DNA of 64,000 nt from Gammaproteobacteria bacterium (GCA_965237805.1 OZ250153.1:576001-640000), one strand, 5' to 3'; positions 30,668-41,808 are shown, counted from the stretch's first letter. Made by a program: numbers and translations. Notes: generated by a model not told the origin, from the sequence alone.

Positions 30668-31450
30668 TCAACTCACATCCTTCCAATATTCACGGTTCAG
30701 TAATAGGGCCAGCACTAAAAAGGCTGCTAAAAACATTAGCACATAGACGCCGAGGCGGTAGCGCTTCAGGGCAGTAGGCTCCCCGACATAGACCAAAAAG
30801 TTGACGAGATCGCGCACCGCCATATCGAAAGCTGCGGGAGAAAGTTCCCCCGGCGGGTCGAGTTCAAAGCGCCCACAGGGATTGTCGAGAATATCCTCCC
30901 CGCTCAGCGGGTCGCGCTTGATGCCACCATTGGGAGCCAGTGAGGGGCCGGGGGCACAATGCTGCAAGCCCTGTAGTTCGAGTAGCGGGAACGGCATGCC
31001 GACATTGGGAAACATTCTGTTGTTGACGCCCCAAGGTGCCATGGGCTCGGAATAGAAATTGCGCAAATAGTTGTAGATCCAGTCAGCACCGCGTGCACGG
31101 GCCACGAGGCTGAGGTCGGGAGGTTCAACCCCAAACCAGTCGACGGCACCAGCGGGCGGCATCGCCGTCTCGATCAAGCCGCCAACACGACTGTCATCGA
31201 AGATCAAGTGCTGCTCGATGAGATCGTCCGGCACACCTAAATCCTCTCCCAGTCGCTGGTAGCGCTGGTAGCGCAAACCGTGACAGCCGAGGCAATAATT
31301 CATGTACAGGGCAGCACCCCGTTGCAAGGAAAGGCGATCCCTCAAATCCACATCCACCCGCTCCAGCTCGACAACTGCCTCGGAGCCGACAGCCGCCGCT
31401 GGCGCGGTCAACACCAAGCACAGCATCGCAACGCACCGAGACACGCGCAT
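30668..31450 (-). CDS. petC: Cytochrome c1
   Basis: SLQRGA, CLGCH heme motif, PPDLSL.ARARG, C-terminal TM and EYWKDV. Confidence 0.95.
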   Translation of the reverse strand: MRVSRCVAMLCLVLTAPAAAVGSEAVVELERVDVDLRDRLSLQRGAALYMNYCLGCHGLRYQRYQRLGEDLGVPDDLIEQHLIFDDSRVGGLIETAMPPAGAVDWFGVEPPDLSLVARARGADWIYNYLRNFYSEPMAPWGVNNRMFPNVGMPFPLLELQGLQHCAPGPSLAPNGGIKRDPLSGEDILDNPCGRFELDPPGELSPAAFDMAVRDLVNFLVYVGEPTALKRYRLGVYVLMFLAAFLVLALLLNREYWKDVS

Positions 31451-32754
31451 CAGCCGCTGACCCGCTCGGGCGGTTGCCGGCAACGCTCGCGCCGTGTATA
31501 CCAAGGCATCAATACAAAGACCGCAAAATAGCTGATCGTCAAATACTGCGCCACATCAGTATTTTCGAGTGGGCAGACCGTGGTGGCACCGCTCTGCCAA
31601 CATAGCTGGAGTCCGAGGAAATGGCCGCTGGACGGGATCGACCCCAAATAGCCAAGCACCAAGAAAGAGCAAACAAAGATGCCCAGGCCCCAGCGGCTCA
31701 TCGCACCCTTGTAGCGAATCGACTTGACCGGACTGCGATCGAGCCATGGCAACAGGAACAAAATGGCGATGGCCATCAACATCACCCCAGCACCCCAGAA
31801 TTTGGCATCGAGGTCGAACCAAGTGATGGTGGTGGCACGCAACATGGCGTAAAAAGGCGTGTAGTACCACACTGGCACGATATGCTCCGGGGTGACCAAG
31901 TTATTGGCCGGAACGAAATTGGCTCGCTCCAAGAAATAGCCCCCCATCTCGGGAGCAAAGAAGACCGCGGCGAGAAACAGCATCAGGAACACGGTGACGC
32001 CGACAATGTCGTGTACCGTGTAGTAAGGGTGGAAGGGGATGCCATCCAGCGGCACACCGCGCTCGTCCTTGTGCCGTTTGATCTCGACACCATCCGGGTT
32101 CAGCGAGCCGACTTCGTGCAGCGCCAAAATGTGCAGAAAGACCATTGCCACCAGCATCAGCGGCACGGCCACAACATGCAAGGCGAAGAAGCGATTGAGC
32201 GTGATGTCCGAGATCAGGTAGTCACCGCGCACCCACACCAGCAACGTCTCGCCGACCACAGGAATCGCCCCGAACAGCGAAACGATGACCTGCGCCCCCC
32301 AGTAGGACATCTGTCCCCATGGCAAGACATAGCCCAAGAAACCCTCGGCGATCAACAAGACATAGATCAACATCCCGATCAGCCATAGCAACTCGCGCGG
32401 CTTACGGTAGGAGCCATACATCAGGCCGCGGAACATGTGCAGGTAGACGATGATGAAAAAGGCCGAAGCACCGGTGGAATGCAGATAGCGAATCAGCCAA
32501 CCAAACTCCACATCGCGCATGATGTACTCGATAGAGGAAAACGCATCGGATGCTGTCGGCCGGTAGTTCATCGTCAGCCAAATGCCAGTCAGCAGCTGCA
32601 AGACCAGTATCAACAGTGCGAGCACACCAAAGAAATACCAAATATTGAAATTCTTCGGCGCGTAGTACTTGCCCAAATGGGTGTCCCAAGCGCGCTGTAT
32701 TGGCAGGCGCTCATCCACCCAATCGCGCAGCTCCACCAGCCAGCGCATCAACAC
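31450..32754 (-). CDS. petB: Cytochrome b of the bc1 complex
   Basis: YYAPKNFN.WY, RYLHSTGAS, LPWGQMSYWG, RFFALH, TPEHIVPVWY. Confidence 0.97.
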   Translation of the reverse strand: MLMRWLVELRDWVDERLPIQRAWDTHLGKYYAPKNFNIWYFFGVLALLILVLQLLTGIWLTMNYRPTASDAFSSIEYIMRDVEFGWLIRYLHSTGASAFFIIVYLHMFRGLMYGSYRKPRELLWLIGMLIYVLLIAEGFLGYVLPWGQMSYWGAQVIVSLFGAIPVVGETLLVWVRGDYLISDITLNRFFALHVVAVPLMLVAMVFLHILALHEVGSLNPDGVEIKRHKDERGVPLDGIPFHPYYTVHDIVGVTVFLMLFLAAVFFAPEMGGYFLERANFVPANNLVTPEHIVPVWYYTPFYAMLRATTITWFDLDAKFWGAGVMLMAIAILFLLPWLDRSPVKSIRYKGAMSRWGLGIFVCSFLVLGYLGSIPSSGHFLGLQLCWQSGATTVCPLENTDVAQYLTISYFAVFVLMPWYTRRERCRQPPERVSG

Positions 32755-32865
32755 GGTGCAGTCCCTGTCTCAGCAGCACCAGTCGCTAGCAAGGCACTCC
32801 AGACATCGTGCCCCTCCAGTGCAACGACAAGGCACCGCAAGCCCCCCCCCAGCTGCGCCATGATC

Positions 32866-33528
32866 TCAGGACACCACTTCGCCTGCGCTGAGCCCGATGA
32901 TCAAACGACCATCTGGCTCATAGCGGTATGGCGGCACAACCAAATTGTTCGGTGCCGCTGGCACACCGCTGAACACCCGGCCTGAGAGATCGAAGCGCGA
33001 GCCGTGGCAGGGGCAGAAAAACCCCCCGACCCAATCGGAGCCCAAATCCTCCGGGGCGCGATCAGGGCGATATTTGACCGCGCAACCGAGATGGGTGCAA
33101 AGCCCAATCAAGATCAGAAACTCAGGCCTCAGGGCGCGCACCACACCAGTCACACGAATATAGTCCGGCTGATGGGGTCGAACGGATTGTGGGTCGGCCA
33201 ACTGCGGCTCCAGCTCGTTCAGCGTCGCCAGCTGAGCTTCGCTGCGGCGCAACACATAAATTGGCTTGCCGCGCCATTCGACAATGGTGATCTGTTCAGC
33301 TCGCAATTGGTCGACATCGAAGTGTGCCGGGGCACCGGCGGCGCGGGCACGGGCACTGGGCTGCCAAGAGGCAAGGAAAGGAATAGCGGCAGCACCGACC
33401 CCAGCCACACCGAGCGCAGAAGTGGAGGCGATCAAGAAGCGGCGGCGGCTATCGAGCGCGCCCTTGCGAAAACTCTCCCCGCGATCCCCTCGGTCGAGGT
33501 GGTCTCCAGCGCCAAAATGCTCGCTCAC
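32866..33528 (-). CDS. petA: Ubiquinol-cytochrome c reductase Rieske subunit
   Basis: Tat motif SRRRFL, CTHLGC and CPCHGS. Start uncertain. Confidence 0.96.
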   Translation of the reverse strand: MSEHFGAGDHLDRGDRGESFRKGALDSRRRFLIASTSALGVAGVGAAAIPFLASWQPSARARAAGAPAHFDVDQLRAEQITIVEWRGKPIYVLRRSEAQLATLNELEPQLADPQSVRPHQPDYIRVTGVVRALRPEFLILIGLCTHLGCAVKYRPDRAPEDLGSDWVGGFFCPCHGSRFDLSGRVFSGVPAAPNNLVVPPYRYEPDGRLIIGLSAGEVVS

Positions 33529-33650
33529 AGCACCCCCCACCCCCAAACACCGAGTACAGCCACAGTTGAACAGCCCCCCGCCGCCATTCGACTCAAGCGG
33601 CGGCTGCCCAGCATACTGGCTACCGTATGGACTGCTTCGGTCTGAATGGC

Positions 33651-34082
33651 TTAGCGCTTCGAGAACTGTGGTCGCTTGCGAGCCTTGCGCAAACCGACCT
33701 TCTTGCGCTCGACCTCACGTGCATCACGGGTCACATAACCCTCTTTCCGCAAGGGCTGGCGCCACGATTCGTCAAATTGAATCAGGGCGCGGGTGATGCC
33801 ATGGCGCAACGCGCCAGCTTGAGCGAAACTGCCACCACCAGACACTGTGGCCAAACAGTTAAAACGGTTACCCACACCGAGCAGCTCCAAAGGCTGGCGC
33901 ACCAACATGCGCGCCACTTCACGGCCGAAATAGTCGTCCAAGCTACGTGAGTTGACAGTGATTTCGCCGTTGCCAAGGCGCAGGAAGACACGCGCCGTGG
34001 CCGTCTTGCGCCGCCCGGTGCCGTAGGCGCTCTCGCGCGGTGCAGACGACACAGTGCTCAGGGAATTTTCAGAGGATGACAT
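33651..34082 (-). CDS. rpsI: 30S ribosomal protein S9
   Basis: [34 protein letters not shown]. Confidence 0.98.
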   Translation of the reverse strand: MSSSENSLSTVSSAPRESAYGTGRRKTATARVFLRLGNGEITVNSRSLDDYFGREVARMLVRQPLELLGVGNRFNCLATVSGGGSFAQAGALRHGITRALIQFDESWRQPLRKEGYVTRDAREVERKKVGLRKARKRPQFSKR

Positions 34083-34110
34083 AGCAGGGTGTGACCTCAA
34101 ATGCAGACGG

Positions 34111-34551
34111 CTAGAGCGCCAACGCCTCGGGGCGCTGCGCCACATGCGGGTGCTCGGCACCAGCATAGATACGCAGCTTGCGCAACATCTGGCGTCCCAG
34201 CGGGGTGCGCGGCAACATGCCCCGCACCGCACGACGGATCAGCTCTTCCGGGCGACGGTCGAGCAGCTGCTCAAAGCGCAAGGTCTTCAGGCCACCTGGG
34301 TAGCCGCTGTGACGGTAGTAACGCTTGGCCCTCAGCTTATTGCCAGTCAGCTGCACCGCGCTGGCATTGATGACAATGATGTGGTCGCCAGTATCCACAT
34401 GCGGGGTGTACTCTGGCTTGTGCTTACCGCGCAGGCGGTGGGCGACACCGGCGGCAAGCCGCCCCAACACATGTTGCCGCGCATCAATGACATACCAACG
34501 CTGCGGCACTTCGCCGGGCTTGGCATGGTAGGTGCGTATCGACTTGATCAT
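34111..34551 (-). CDS. rplM: 50S ribosomal protein L13
   Basis: [39 protein letters not shown]. Confidence 0.98.
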   Translation of the reverse strand: MIKSIRTYHAKPGEVPQRWYVIDARQHVLGRLAAGVAHRLRGKHKPEYTPHVDTGDHIIVINASAVQLTGNKLRAKRYYRHSGYPGGLKTLRFEQLLDRRPEELIRRAVRGMLPRTPLGRQMLRKLRIYAGAEHPHVAQRPEALAL

Positions 34552-34728
34552 GGGTGCTGAAGACTGCGCAACACGCGGATAAGGAGATGCCCGCAAAACT
34601 CCCATATTGTGCCACAGTGCAGGTTACGGGCGCAAGGGAGCGCTGGCAGAAAAGATATCTCAACGGTGGCATATCGCCCTTAGCAATCGCTTGCGAGCGA
34701 GGGTGACACGGCCTAAAATTACTTGCGA

Positions 34729-34802
34729 TGGGGGATCGTTCAACGGTAGGACTGCGGACTCTGACTCCGCCAATGGTGGTTCGAATCCACCTCCCCCAGC
34801 CA
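34729..34802 (+). tRNA. tRNA-Gln (anticodon CTG)
   Basis: TGGGGGA acceptor stem, anticodon arm GCGGA-CTCTGAC-TCCGC, GGTTCGAATCC T-arm, encoded CCA. TAAAAT lies upstream. Confidence 0.96.
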
Positions 34803-34981
34803 GCGGATTAGCGCATCGCCTCAGGCGGGCATCAGCTACCGCAGACAGCACAAAGCGAGCTGCGTCAACAGCTGCTTCTGACACCGCCAGCGTTGCGGCC
34901 AATCTGCTGGTGAGTCCAAGTCTGGCGGAATGATCCGCAGCTGCAAATCTGCCGCCAAGTGTGCTGCAAACACCGATTAGC

Positions 34982-34987
34982 TATAAT
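34982..34987 (+). promoter_or_regulatory. -10 box placing +1 on the proS ATG (leaderless candidate)
   Basis: TATAAT-ttccgcc pattern: hexamer 34982-34987, 6 nt, then ATG 34994; no SD. Confidence 0.65.
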
Positions 34988-34993
34988 TCCGCC

Positions 34994-36709
34994 ATGCGCG
35001 TTACCAGCTACTTTCTCCCCACGCAACGCGAAGCGCCAGCCGATGCCAAAGCCGCGAGCCATCGGCTGATGTTGCGCGCCGGATTGGTGCGGCAATTGGC
35101 CTCCGGACTCTACACTTGGCTACCGCTGGGCCACCGGGTATTGCGGCGCGTCGAGACCGTGGTGCGCGAAGAAATGGATCGCGTCGGTGCCTTGGAATTG
35201 CTGATGCCGGTGGTGCAGCCCACTGAATTGTGGCGGCGCTCTGGGCGGCGTGACGACTACGGTGCAGAGTTGCTGAGCTTCTTAGACCGACATAATCAAG
35301 AATACTGCCTCGGTCCGACCCACGAAGAAGTGATCACGATGCTGGTCGGGCAAGAGCTGTCCAGCTACCGTCAGCTGCCACTCAATCTCTACCAGATCGG
35401 CACGAAATTCCGCGACGAGATTCGCCCGCGTTTCGGGGTCATGCGGGCGCGCGAATTCCTGATGAAAGACGCCTATTCCTTCCACCGCGACCCAGACTGC
35501 CTCGCACGCTGTTACCGCGAGATGCACGATGCCTACTGTCGTATCTTCACCCGCCTCGGCCTTGACTTCCGTGTGGTCGAGGCCGATAGCGGTCAGATCG
35601 GCGGTGCCGTATCGCATGAATTCCAAGTGTTGGCCGCAGCGGGCGAGAACGCCATCGCCATCGACCCGAACAGCGACTACGCTGTCGCCGCCGACATCGC
35701 CCCCTGCCCCGCCAACGGTGACGCGCCACCGCCACACGATGCGCTACGGGCAGTAGATACAGCAGATTGCCACAACATCGACGCCCTGTGCGAACGGCTC
35801 GGTGTCGCGCCGGAGCGCATACTCAAGCTGCTGGTAGTCGCGGCCGAAGACGGCTCTGCCACCGCGCTGTTGCTACGTGGTGACCACACGCTGAGCGCCG
35901 CCAAAGCGGCCAGAGCCACCGCGCTCAGCAACCCATTGCGCTTCATCGGCGAAGCAGAACTGCGCTCGCACCATGGGCTGGAACCGGGTGTGCTCGGGCC
36001 GATCGGCCTGCAGCTACCGATAATCGTCGACCACGCCGCCGCCGAACTGGCAGATTTTGTCTGCGGTGCCAACCGCAAGGGACAGCATTACACAGGTGCC
36101 AATTGGGGACGCGATGCCCCGCTCCCTCCCCGCGCCGACCTGCGTTGCGCCAGCGACGGTTGCACCGCCCCCAACGGCAACGCATTGCAGCTCAAACGGG
36201 GAATTGAGGTCGGGCACATTTTTCAGCTGGGGTCAAAATACAGCGCGGCGATGGAGGCTCAGCTCAGCGCCGAGGACGGCTCCCTTTTCCACCCTCATAT
36301 GGGGTGCTATGGCATCGGTATCAGCCGTATTGTAGCTGCCGCAATCGAGCAGCACCACAGCGATTCTGGCATCCAGTGGTCAGAAGCGATGGCACCCTTC
36401 CAAGTCGCCATGATCGCCTTAGGCAACCACCACTCCCAGGCCGTCGCCGACGCCGCTGAGCGACTCTACAGCCAGCTCGAGGAGCACAGCATCAGTGTAT
36501 TATTTGACGATCGCGACGAGCGTCCTGGCGTAAAGTTTGCCGACATGGAATTGATCGGGCTGCCACATCTTGTCATCATCGGCGAGCGCAATCTCAGCAA
36601 AGGAATGATCGAGTACCGGCGACGCGGTGGCGAAGAGCGCGCCATTCCCTGCGAGCAGGCTGCGGCTCAACTCATCGCCCAGCTGGGCGATGCCGGGCGA
36701 GCCGCATGA
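34994..36709 (+). CDS. proS: Proline--tRNA ligase
   Basis: SHRLMLRAG, LGPTHEE, KFRDEIRPRFG.MR.REF.MKDAYSF, GIEVGHIFQLG, MGCYGIG.SR; includes the INS editing domain. Confidence 0.98.
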   Translation: MRVTSYFLPTQREAPADAKAASHRLMLRAGLVRQLASGLYTWLPLGHRVLRRVETVVREEMDRVGALELLMPVVQPTELWRRSGRRDDYGAELLSFLDRHNQEYCLGPTHEEVITMLVGQELSSYRQLPLNLYQIGTKFRDEIRPRFGVMRAREFLMKDAYSFHRDPDCLARCYREMHDAYCRIFTRLGLDFRVVEADSGQIGGAVSHEFQVLAAAGENAIAIDPNSDYAVAADIAPCPANGDAPPPHDALRAVDTADCHNIDALCERLGVAPERILKLLVVAAEDGSATALLLRGDHTLSAAKAARATALSNPLRFIGEAELRSHHGLEPGVLGPIGLQLPIIVDHAAAELADFVCGANRKGQHYTGANWGRDAPLPPRADLRCASDGCTAPNGNALQLKRGIEVGHIFQLGSKYSAAMEAQLSAEDGSLFHPHMGCYGIGISRIVAAAIEQHHSDSGIQWSEAMAPFQVAMIALGNHHSQAVADAAERLYSQLEEHSISVLFDDRDERPGVKFADMELIGLPHLVIIGERNLSKGMIEYRRRGGEERAIPCEQAAAQLIAQLGDAGRAA

Positions 36710-38148
36710 GGCGGCACTGCGCCGGGGCGCTGCTGAGTGTCTATCTGTTATTGCCCGGTGCCGTACTGGGCGCAGCGCAGCTCGCACCGGAACGGGCACC
36801 ACCTTCACCCTGCCACCACAATGTGCCCGACATCACACTGTCATTGGAAGAATTACAGCAACGGGCAGATGACGGCGACCACCTAGCCCCCTGCTTGATC
36901 GGCCTCAAATACTTGCTCGGTCGCGGTGTAGAGGCGGATGCCGACAAAGCGGCCAAATGGCTGCGGCAGGGAGTCAAAGGCCTCTCGTCCAAGAATCCAG
37001 GCGCGGTGGCCAGCAGCTATTACTTGGGGCAAATGACCATCAGGGGGCAGGGGGGGATCGCTGCTGACCCCATCGCGGGCACCGCTATGGTCCGCCGGGC
37101 GGCGCAGCTTGGGCATCTGCCAGCACAGCTCCACATCGGCGTATTGCTAGCACAGGGACTGGGTGTGGACGCCGACCCTGAGGCGGCGATCAGTTGGTAC
37201 CGCCGCGCCGCTGAGCGGGACTATGCCCCGGCGATGTTCTACTTGGCGGGGGCCAACGAGCGCGGTATCGGCACCGAAAAGGATCTCAAGAAAGCGGCCG
37301 AGTGGAACCGACGAGCCGCCGAGCTGGGGCTGCCCGAAGGGCAATTCAATACCGGCATGAACTATCTGCACGGGCAAGGCGTCGAGCAGAATCCAGCGAC
37401 CGCTGTGCAGTGGTTCCAAGAAGCGGCGCGACGAGGTTTGCAACAAGCCGAGGATATGCTGATACAGCTGGGGAGGGGCAAAGTCAGTGCGACGGCAACG
37501 GTCGCTGAGGCCAAGGGCAGCGGGGATGCCAGCGTCACCGCTACAGCGCACACTGCCAAGCCGACCACCACCCCGCCGCCACCGCCGCAGTCGATCAAAC
37601 CGCATCGCAGTGCGCCCGCCATGCCACCGACACATCCCGCACCACCCCAGCGACACGATGCAGAATTGTTGCAACAAGCTCTGAAACTGCTACAGGCAGA
37701 TGAGCAAGACCGCAAATCGGCCGATGCCTCCGCTTTCCAAATCCTGTCCACGCTGGCGGCCAAAGACCAGCCTGCACCCCAGTTCTATCTCGGCTCACTC
37801 CACCAGCTAGGACGCGGCACAGTAGCCGACCCCCGCATGGCGATATATTGGTACCAGCGCGCCGCATGGGCGGGAGTGCCCGAAGCACAGCACGGCCTTG
37901 CCATGCTGTTCGCAGCTGGCACAGGTCACCCGCAAAACTCGCTCGAAGCCTATATATGGCTGTCCTTGGCGGTGGCGATCAAAGATGACGACAAGTGGCG
38001 CGAGCAGCGCGACGCCATCGCGACGCAGCTATCTCCCGCCACCCGCGAGCAGTTGCAGCTAGAGTCTCAGCGTCGCTGGCATAAAATCTTGGGGGACGAT
38101 ACCGAGCAAGCGGCGGCGCAGCCCCCGGCAGCTGAGCTATCCCAATAG
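36706..38148 (+). CDS. Secreted Sel1-like repeat protein
   Basis: Signal peptide and repeated A...LG..Y..G.GV..D...A..W...AA..G units in two blocks separated by a Pro/Thr/Ala-rich linker. Confidence 0.9.
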   Translation: MRRHCAGALLSVYLLLPGAVLGAAQLAPERAPPSPCHHNVPDITLSLEELQQRADDGDHLAPCLIGLKYLLGRGVEADADKAAKWLRQGVKGLSSKNPGAVASSYYLGQMTIRGQGGIAADPIAGTAMVRRAAQLGHLPAQLHIGVLLAQGLGVDADPEAAISWYRRAAERDYAPAMFYLAGANERGIGTEKDLKKAAEWNRRAAELGLPEGQFNTGMNYLHGQGVEQNPATAVQWFQEAARRGLQQAEDMLIQLGRGKVSATATVAEAKGSGDASVTATAHTAKPTTTPPPPPQSIKPHRSAPAMPPTHPAPPQRHDAELLQQALKLLQADEQDRKSADASAFQILSTLAAKDQPAPQFYLGSLHQLGRGTVADPRMAIYWYQRAAWAGVPEAQHGLAMLFAAGTGHPQNSLEAYIWLSLAVAIKDDDKWREQRDAIATQLSPATREQLQLESQRRWHKILGDDTEQAAAQPPAAELSQ

Positions 38149-38169
38149 CGCAAGACAGCGGCGCGGCAG

Positions 38170-40884
38170 TCAATCGCTCGGCTTGTCTCCATCCAAGCGA
38201 CGACGCAGCTGGTACAGGCTCTCCAGTGCCGTGCGCGGCGTCAGGTCATCCAAAGCCAAGGCACGCAACTCCGCCAGCACCGCCGCCGCTACACGATCCT
38301 CGGCACTCGCCGCCTCGTCGCCGCTCCCGCTACCGGCTCCCGCCGCACCATCACCGCCGAGCGCTGCCACCGCCACGCTGTCACCGACAAAAAGATCGCG
38401 TTGCGCCTTGAGTGCGCCTGATGATGCCGCATACTCCTCAAGTTGCGCTAATTTGGCGCTCGCCTGCTCCAACACTGGCGACGGCACCCCAGCAAGGCGC
38501 GCCACCTGCAAACCGTAGCTGCGATTGGCTGGCCCCTCTTGGAGGTCGTAGAGAAAGACAACATCATCGCCGTGCTCCACCGCCCGCAGGTGCACATTGG
38601 CCGCCTCGTGGCATTGCACGGACAGCATCGTCAATTCGAAGTAATGAGTCGCGAATAGCGTGAAAGCCCGGATCTGTTCGACCAAATAACGCGCCGCTGC
38701 CCAAGCAAGAGCTAAACCGTCAAAGGTGCTGGTGCCGCGACCAATTTCATCCATCAGCACCAAACTGCGGTCGGTCGCATTGTGCAGAATGGCAGCAGTC
38801 TCGGTCATCTCTACCATAAAAGTGGAGCGCCCACCAACCAAGTCATCCGAAGAGCCGATGCGGGTGAAGATGCGGTCCAACAGTGGCAAGCGCGCCGAGG
38901 AAGCCGGCACGCAACTGCCAATGTGCGCCAGCAGAGCCACTAGTGCTGCTTGGCGCATATAGGTGGACTTTCCACCCATGTTGGGGCCAGTGACGATCAG
39001 CAAGCGGCGACCGTCGCCGAGCTGGAGGTCATTGGGCACAAACTGCTGTCCCGCACCGCTCGCCTGCAGCTCGGCCTCCACCACCGGATGCCTCACGGCG
39101 CGCAACTGGATGCCTTCGTCCGGCGCGACGAATTGCGGTCGACACCAACCACCCTGCCCCGCCCGGTCGGCGAAACTGGCCAGCACATCAATCTCGGCCA
39201 GCGCTGCCGCCAGCTGTTGCAAGCCAGCCAGCGGCTCGCGCAAACGCTCCAGCAAAGCCTCGTACAGCTGCCGCTCTCGCGCCAGTGCTCGACTGCGCGA
39301 TCCCAGCACGCGGTTTTCCAAGGTCTTGAGTTCTGGCGTGATGTAGCGCTCGACGTGTTTGAGCGTCTGGCGGCGCACATAGTCTGCGGGCGCCTGCTCG
39401 GCCTGACTGCGAGGCAGCTCCAAATAAAAGCCATGCACCCGGTTGTAACCAGTGCGCAGTGCGCCGAGGCCAGTGCGCTGGCGCTCCCGCTCCTCCAGCT
39501 CGCCCAACACGCAGGCAACATCGCCACCGAGTTGACGTAGCTCGTCTAACTCTGCATCGTAACCCGCGGCGATAACACCACCGTCGCGCAGGGTGGCCGG
39601 CACCGGCACCGCCAGCGCCCGCTCGAGCAATTCGCGCTCCTGTGGGAACTCTATCACCGCCGCGCGCAACTCGGCGAGGCGACCATCTGCTTGCGGCACA
39701 GCCTCGCGCACCGCCCCGACAACGGCCAAGGCTTCGCCGAGCCGTGCCAAATCACGCGGTCTGGCACTGCCCAAGGCAATGCGGCTCAAGATGCGCTCCA
39801 AATCTCCCACTGCGCCCAGTGTCTCCGCTACAGCTTTGTGGTATAGACCCTCCAACAGAGCAACCACCGCCTGTTGACGCGCCTCGAGCTGGCTGCGATC
39901 GCGCAGTGGCCGCAGTAGCCAACGGCGCAACAAGCGCGCACCCATCGGTGTCGAGCTGCGATCCAAGACCCGTAGCAGTGTGCCCTCCCGACCGCCGGAC
40001 AGGCTGGTATCCAGCTCGAGGTTGCGGCACGTGGCTTGATCGAGTAGCACGCTGTCCGAACAGCGCTCATGCACCAAGCCACGCAGATGCGGCAACGCAC
40101 CGCGCTGAGTCTCTCGCACATAGCGTAGTAGACAGCCCGCAGCTCCTAAGGCCAGATCCAAATCTCCGACATCGAATCCATCCAAGGAGTGGGTGCGGAA
40201 CTGCCGCAACAGCTCAGATTCGGCTCGTTGGCGGTCGAAGTCCAAGGCCGGACGAAATCGTGGCTCCGGAACTGCTGCCAGCACCGTCGGTGGCAGCTCG
40301 GTGCGCTCGGGTAACAGCAGCTCGGCCGGGCGCAGGCGTTGCAGTTCAGCGGCCAGAGCAGCTGGGGCATCCACTTCCGAAACGGTGAAGCGCCCACCCG
40401 CCAAATCGAGGCTGGCAATACCACAACGCCCATCGGTCCGCGGCAACAGTGCCACCAACAGATTGTCTTGCCCCGCATCCAGCATCGCCTCATCACTGAG
40501 TGTGCCGGGCGTGACAATGCGCACCACTTGGCGCTCCATCGGCCCGCGTTGCACTGGGTCGCCGAGCTGCTCGCAGATGGCCACCGATTCGCCAGCTTGC
40601 ACCAATTTGACCAAATAGCCTTCCACTGAGTGCACTGGCACTCCCGCCATCGGCACGGCATTGCCACCCGAGCTCCCACGCTGAGTCAGGGCAATATCCA
40701 ACAGCTGCGCAGCGCGCTGGGCATCGGCATAAAACAGCTCGTAGAAGTCCCCCATCCGATAGAGCAACAAATGATCGGGGTGCTGTGCCTTGATGCCGAG
40801 ATATTGGCGGATCATCGGCGTGTGCGCAGCGCCACCTCCGGCGCTATTGCCGACGGCAGAGGAGGCGGGAACGCTGGCAGACAT
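38170..40884 (-). CDS. mutS: DNA mismatch repair protein MutS
   Basis: [50 protein letters not shown]. Confidence 0.98.
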   Translation of the reverse strand: MSASVPASSAVGNSAGGGAAHTPMIRQYLGIKAQHPDHLLLYRMGDFYELFYADAQRAAQLLDIALTQRGSSGGNAVPMAGVPVHSVEGYLVKLVQAGESVAICEQLGDPVQRGPMERQVVRIVTPGTLSDEAMLDAGQDNLLVALLPRTDGRCGIASLDLAGGRFTVSEVDAPAALAAELQRLRPAELLLPERTELPPTVLAAVPEPRFRPALDFDRQRAESELLRQFRTHSLDGFDVGDLDLALGAAGCLLRYVRETQRGALPHLRGLVHERCSDSVLLDQATCRNLELDTSLSGGREGTLLRVLDRSSTPMGARLLRRWLLRPLRDRSQLEARQQAVVALLEGLYHKAVAETLGAVGDLERILSRIALGSARPRDLARLGEALAVVGAVREAVPQADGRLAELRAAVIEFPQERELLERALAVPVPATLRDGGVIAAGYDAELDELRQLGGDVACVLGELEERERQRTGLGALRTGYNRVHGFYLELPRSQAEQAPADYVRRQTLKHVERYITPELKTLENRVLGSRSRALARERQLYEALLERLREPLAGLQQLAAALAEIDVLASFADRAGQGGWCRPQFVAPDEGIQLRAVRHPVVEAELQASGAGQQFVPNDLQLGDGRRLLIVTGPNMGGKSTYMRQAALVALLAHIGSCVPASSARLPLLDRIFTRIGSSDDLVGGRSTFMVEMTETAAILHNATDRSLVLMDEIGRGTSTFDGLALAWAAARYLVEQIRAFTLFATHYFELTMLSVQCHEAANVHLRAVEHGDDVVFLYDLQEGPANRSYGLQVARLAGVPSPVLEQASAKLAQLEEYAASSGALKAQRDLFVGDSVAVAALGGDGAAGAGSGSGDEAASAEDRVAAAVLAELRALALDDLTPRTALESLYQLRRRLDGDKPSD

Positions 40885-40890
40885 CGTGGT

Positions 40891-40896
40891 ATTTTA
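40891..40896 (-). promoter_or_regulatory. -10 box placing +1 on the mutS ATG (leaderless candidate)
   Basis: The - strand reads TAAAAT-accacg-ATG; no SD. Confidence 0.6.
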
Positions 40897-40983
40897 ACTA
40901 AAACACGCCAACCCCCCAATAGCCGAACAAGCGGCCTGCCCATATAATGACGGTAGGCCGCGTCGGAGACCGCATTGGCCACC

Positions 40984-41808
40984 ATGACAAGTATCGCACC
41001 GGCATCGGCAGGTGCTGGCGACAGCGGAGACGATCCACTTTTCCCGCCGCCGAAAATATTGCGCCCAGACGGCGACCCGCGCCTGTTGTTGGTCGCCGAC
41101 CACGCTAGCAGCCATATCCCGGCACGCTACCAAAACTTGGGGCTTCCCAGCCGGGAATCACCAGATCACTGGGTCGTGGATCTCGGCACCGAGACCCTGT
41201 GCCACACGCTGTCGGAGCACCTCGACATCCCCGCTGTGCTGTGTTCGGTGTCACGCCTCGTGATCGACTGCAACCGCGACCCAGACAACGATCCCGACTG
41301 TATTCGCACAGAGCTCGAGACGGGTGAAGAAGTGCCCGGCAATAGGGAGCTCGACGCTGCCGAACGCGGTCGGCGGCGCCAATATTTTGAGTGTTATCAC
41401 AACGCGATCACGGCATTATTAGAGCAACTCGGCAGACGCTTGGGGCAGGCGACGGCACTGCTGTCCGCACACTCTTTTTCCCCCCACATCGGTGACGAGG
41501 TCAGGCAGCTGGACATCGGCGTCCTGTGGCGCGACAACCGTCGCATGGCAGCGGCTATGATGGCGGCGCTAGAGCACTGTGAACAACGGCCCGACGGTGT
41601 CGAGCTGCGTGAGAACGAGCCCTATTCTGCTTATGAGATGGCCTACACCATGGCACGCCACGAAGTCGGCCTTGGACGACTCGGCTGCGCTTGGGAAATT
41701 CGCCAAGATCACCTCGGCGCGGCGACCGCACCACGCTGGATCAACTACTTGGTGACAGCGCTGGAACAATGCCGAGAACAGCTGCCTAAGCTGCAACTCG
41801 ATCGCTGA
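40984..41808 (+). CDS. N-formylglutamate amidohydrolase family protein
   Basis: LVADHAS, SRLVIDCNR, YH.AI, HSF, NEPYS, EIRQD. Confidence 0.88.
   Translation: MTSIAPASAGAGDSGDDPLFPPPKILRPDGDPRLLLVADHASSHIPARYQNLGLPSRESPDHWVVDLGTETLCHTLSEHLDIPAVLCSVSRLVIDCNRDPDNDPDCIRTELETGEEVPGNRELDAAERGRRRQYFECYHNAITALLEQLGRRLGQATALLSAHSFSPHIGDEVRQLDIGVLWRDNRRMAAAMMAALEHCEQRPDGVELRENEPYSAYEMAYTMARHEVGLGRLGCAWEIRQDHLGAATAPRWINYLVTALEQCREQLPKLQLDR

Noticed and set aside
34729-34990. tRNA-Gln as an integration site for an island
   Set aside because: It is followed directly by proS; no integrase or duplicated tRNA 3' end was seen.
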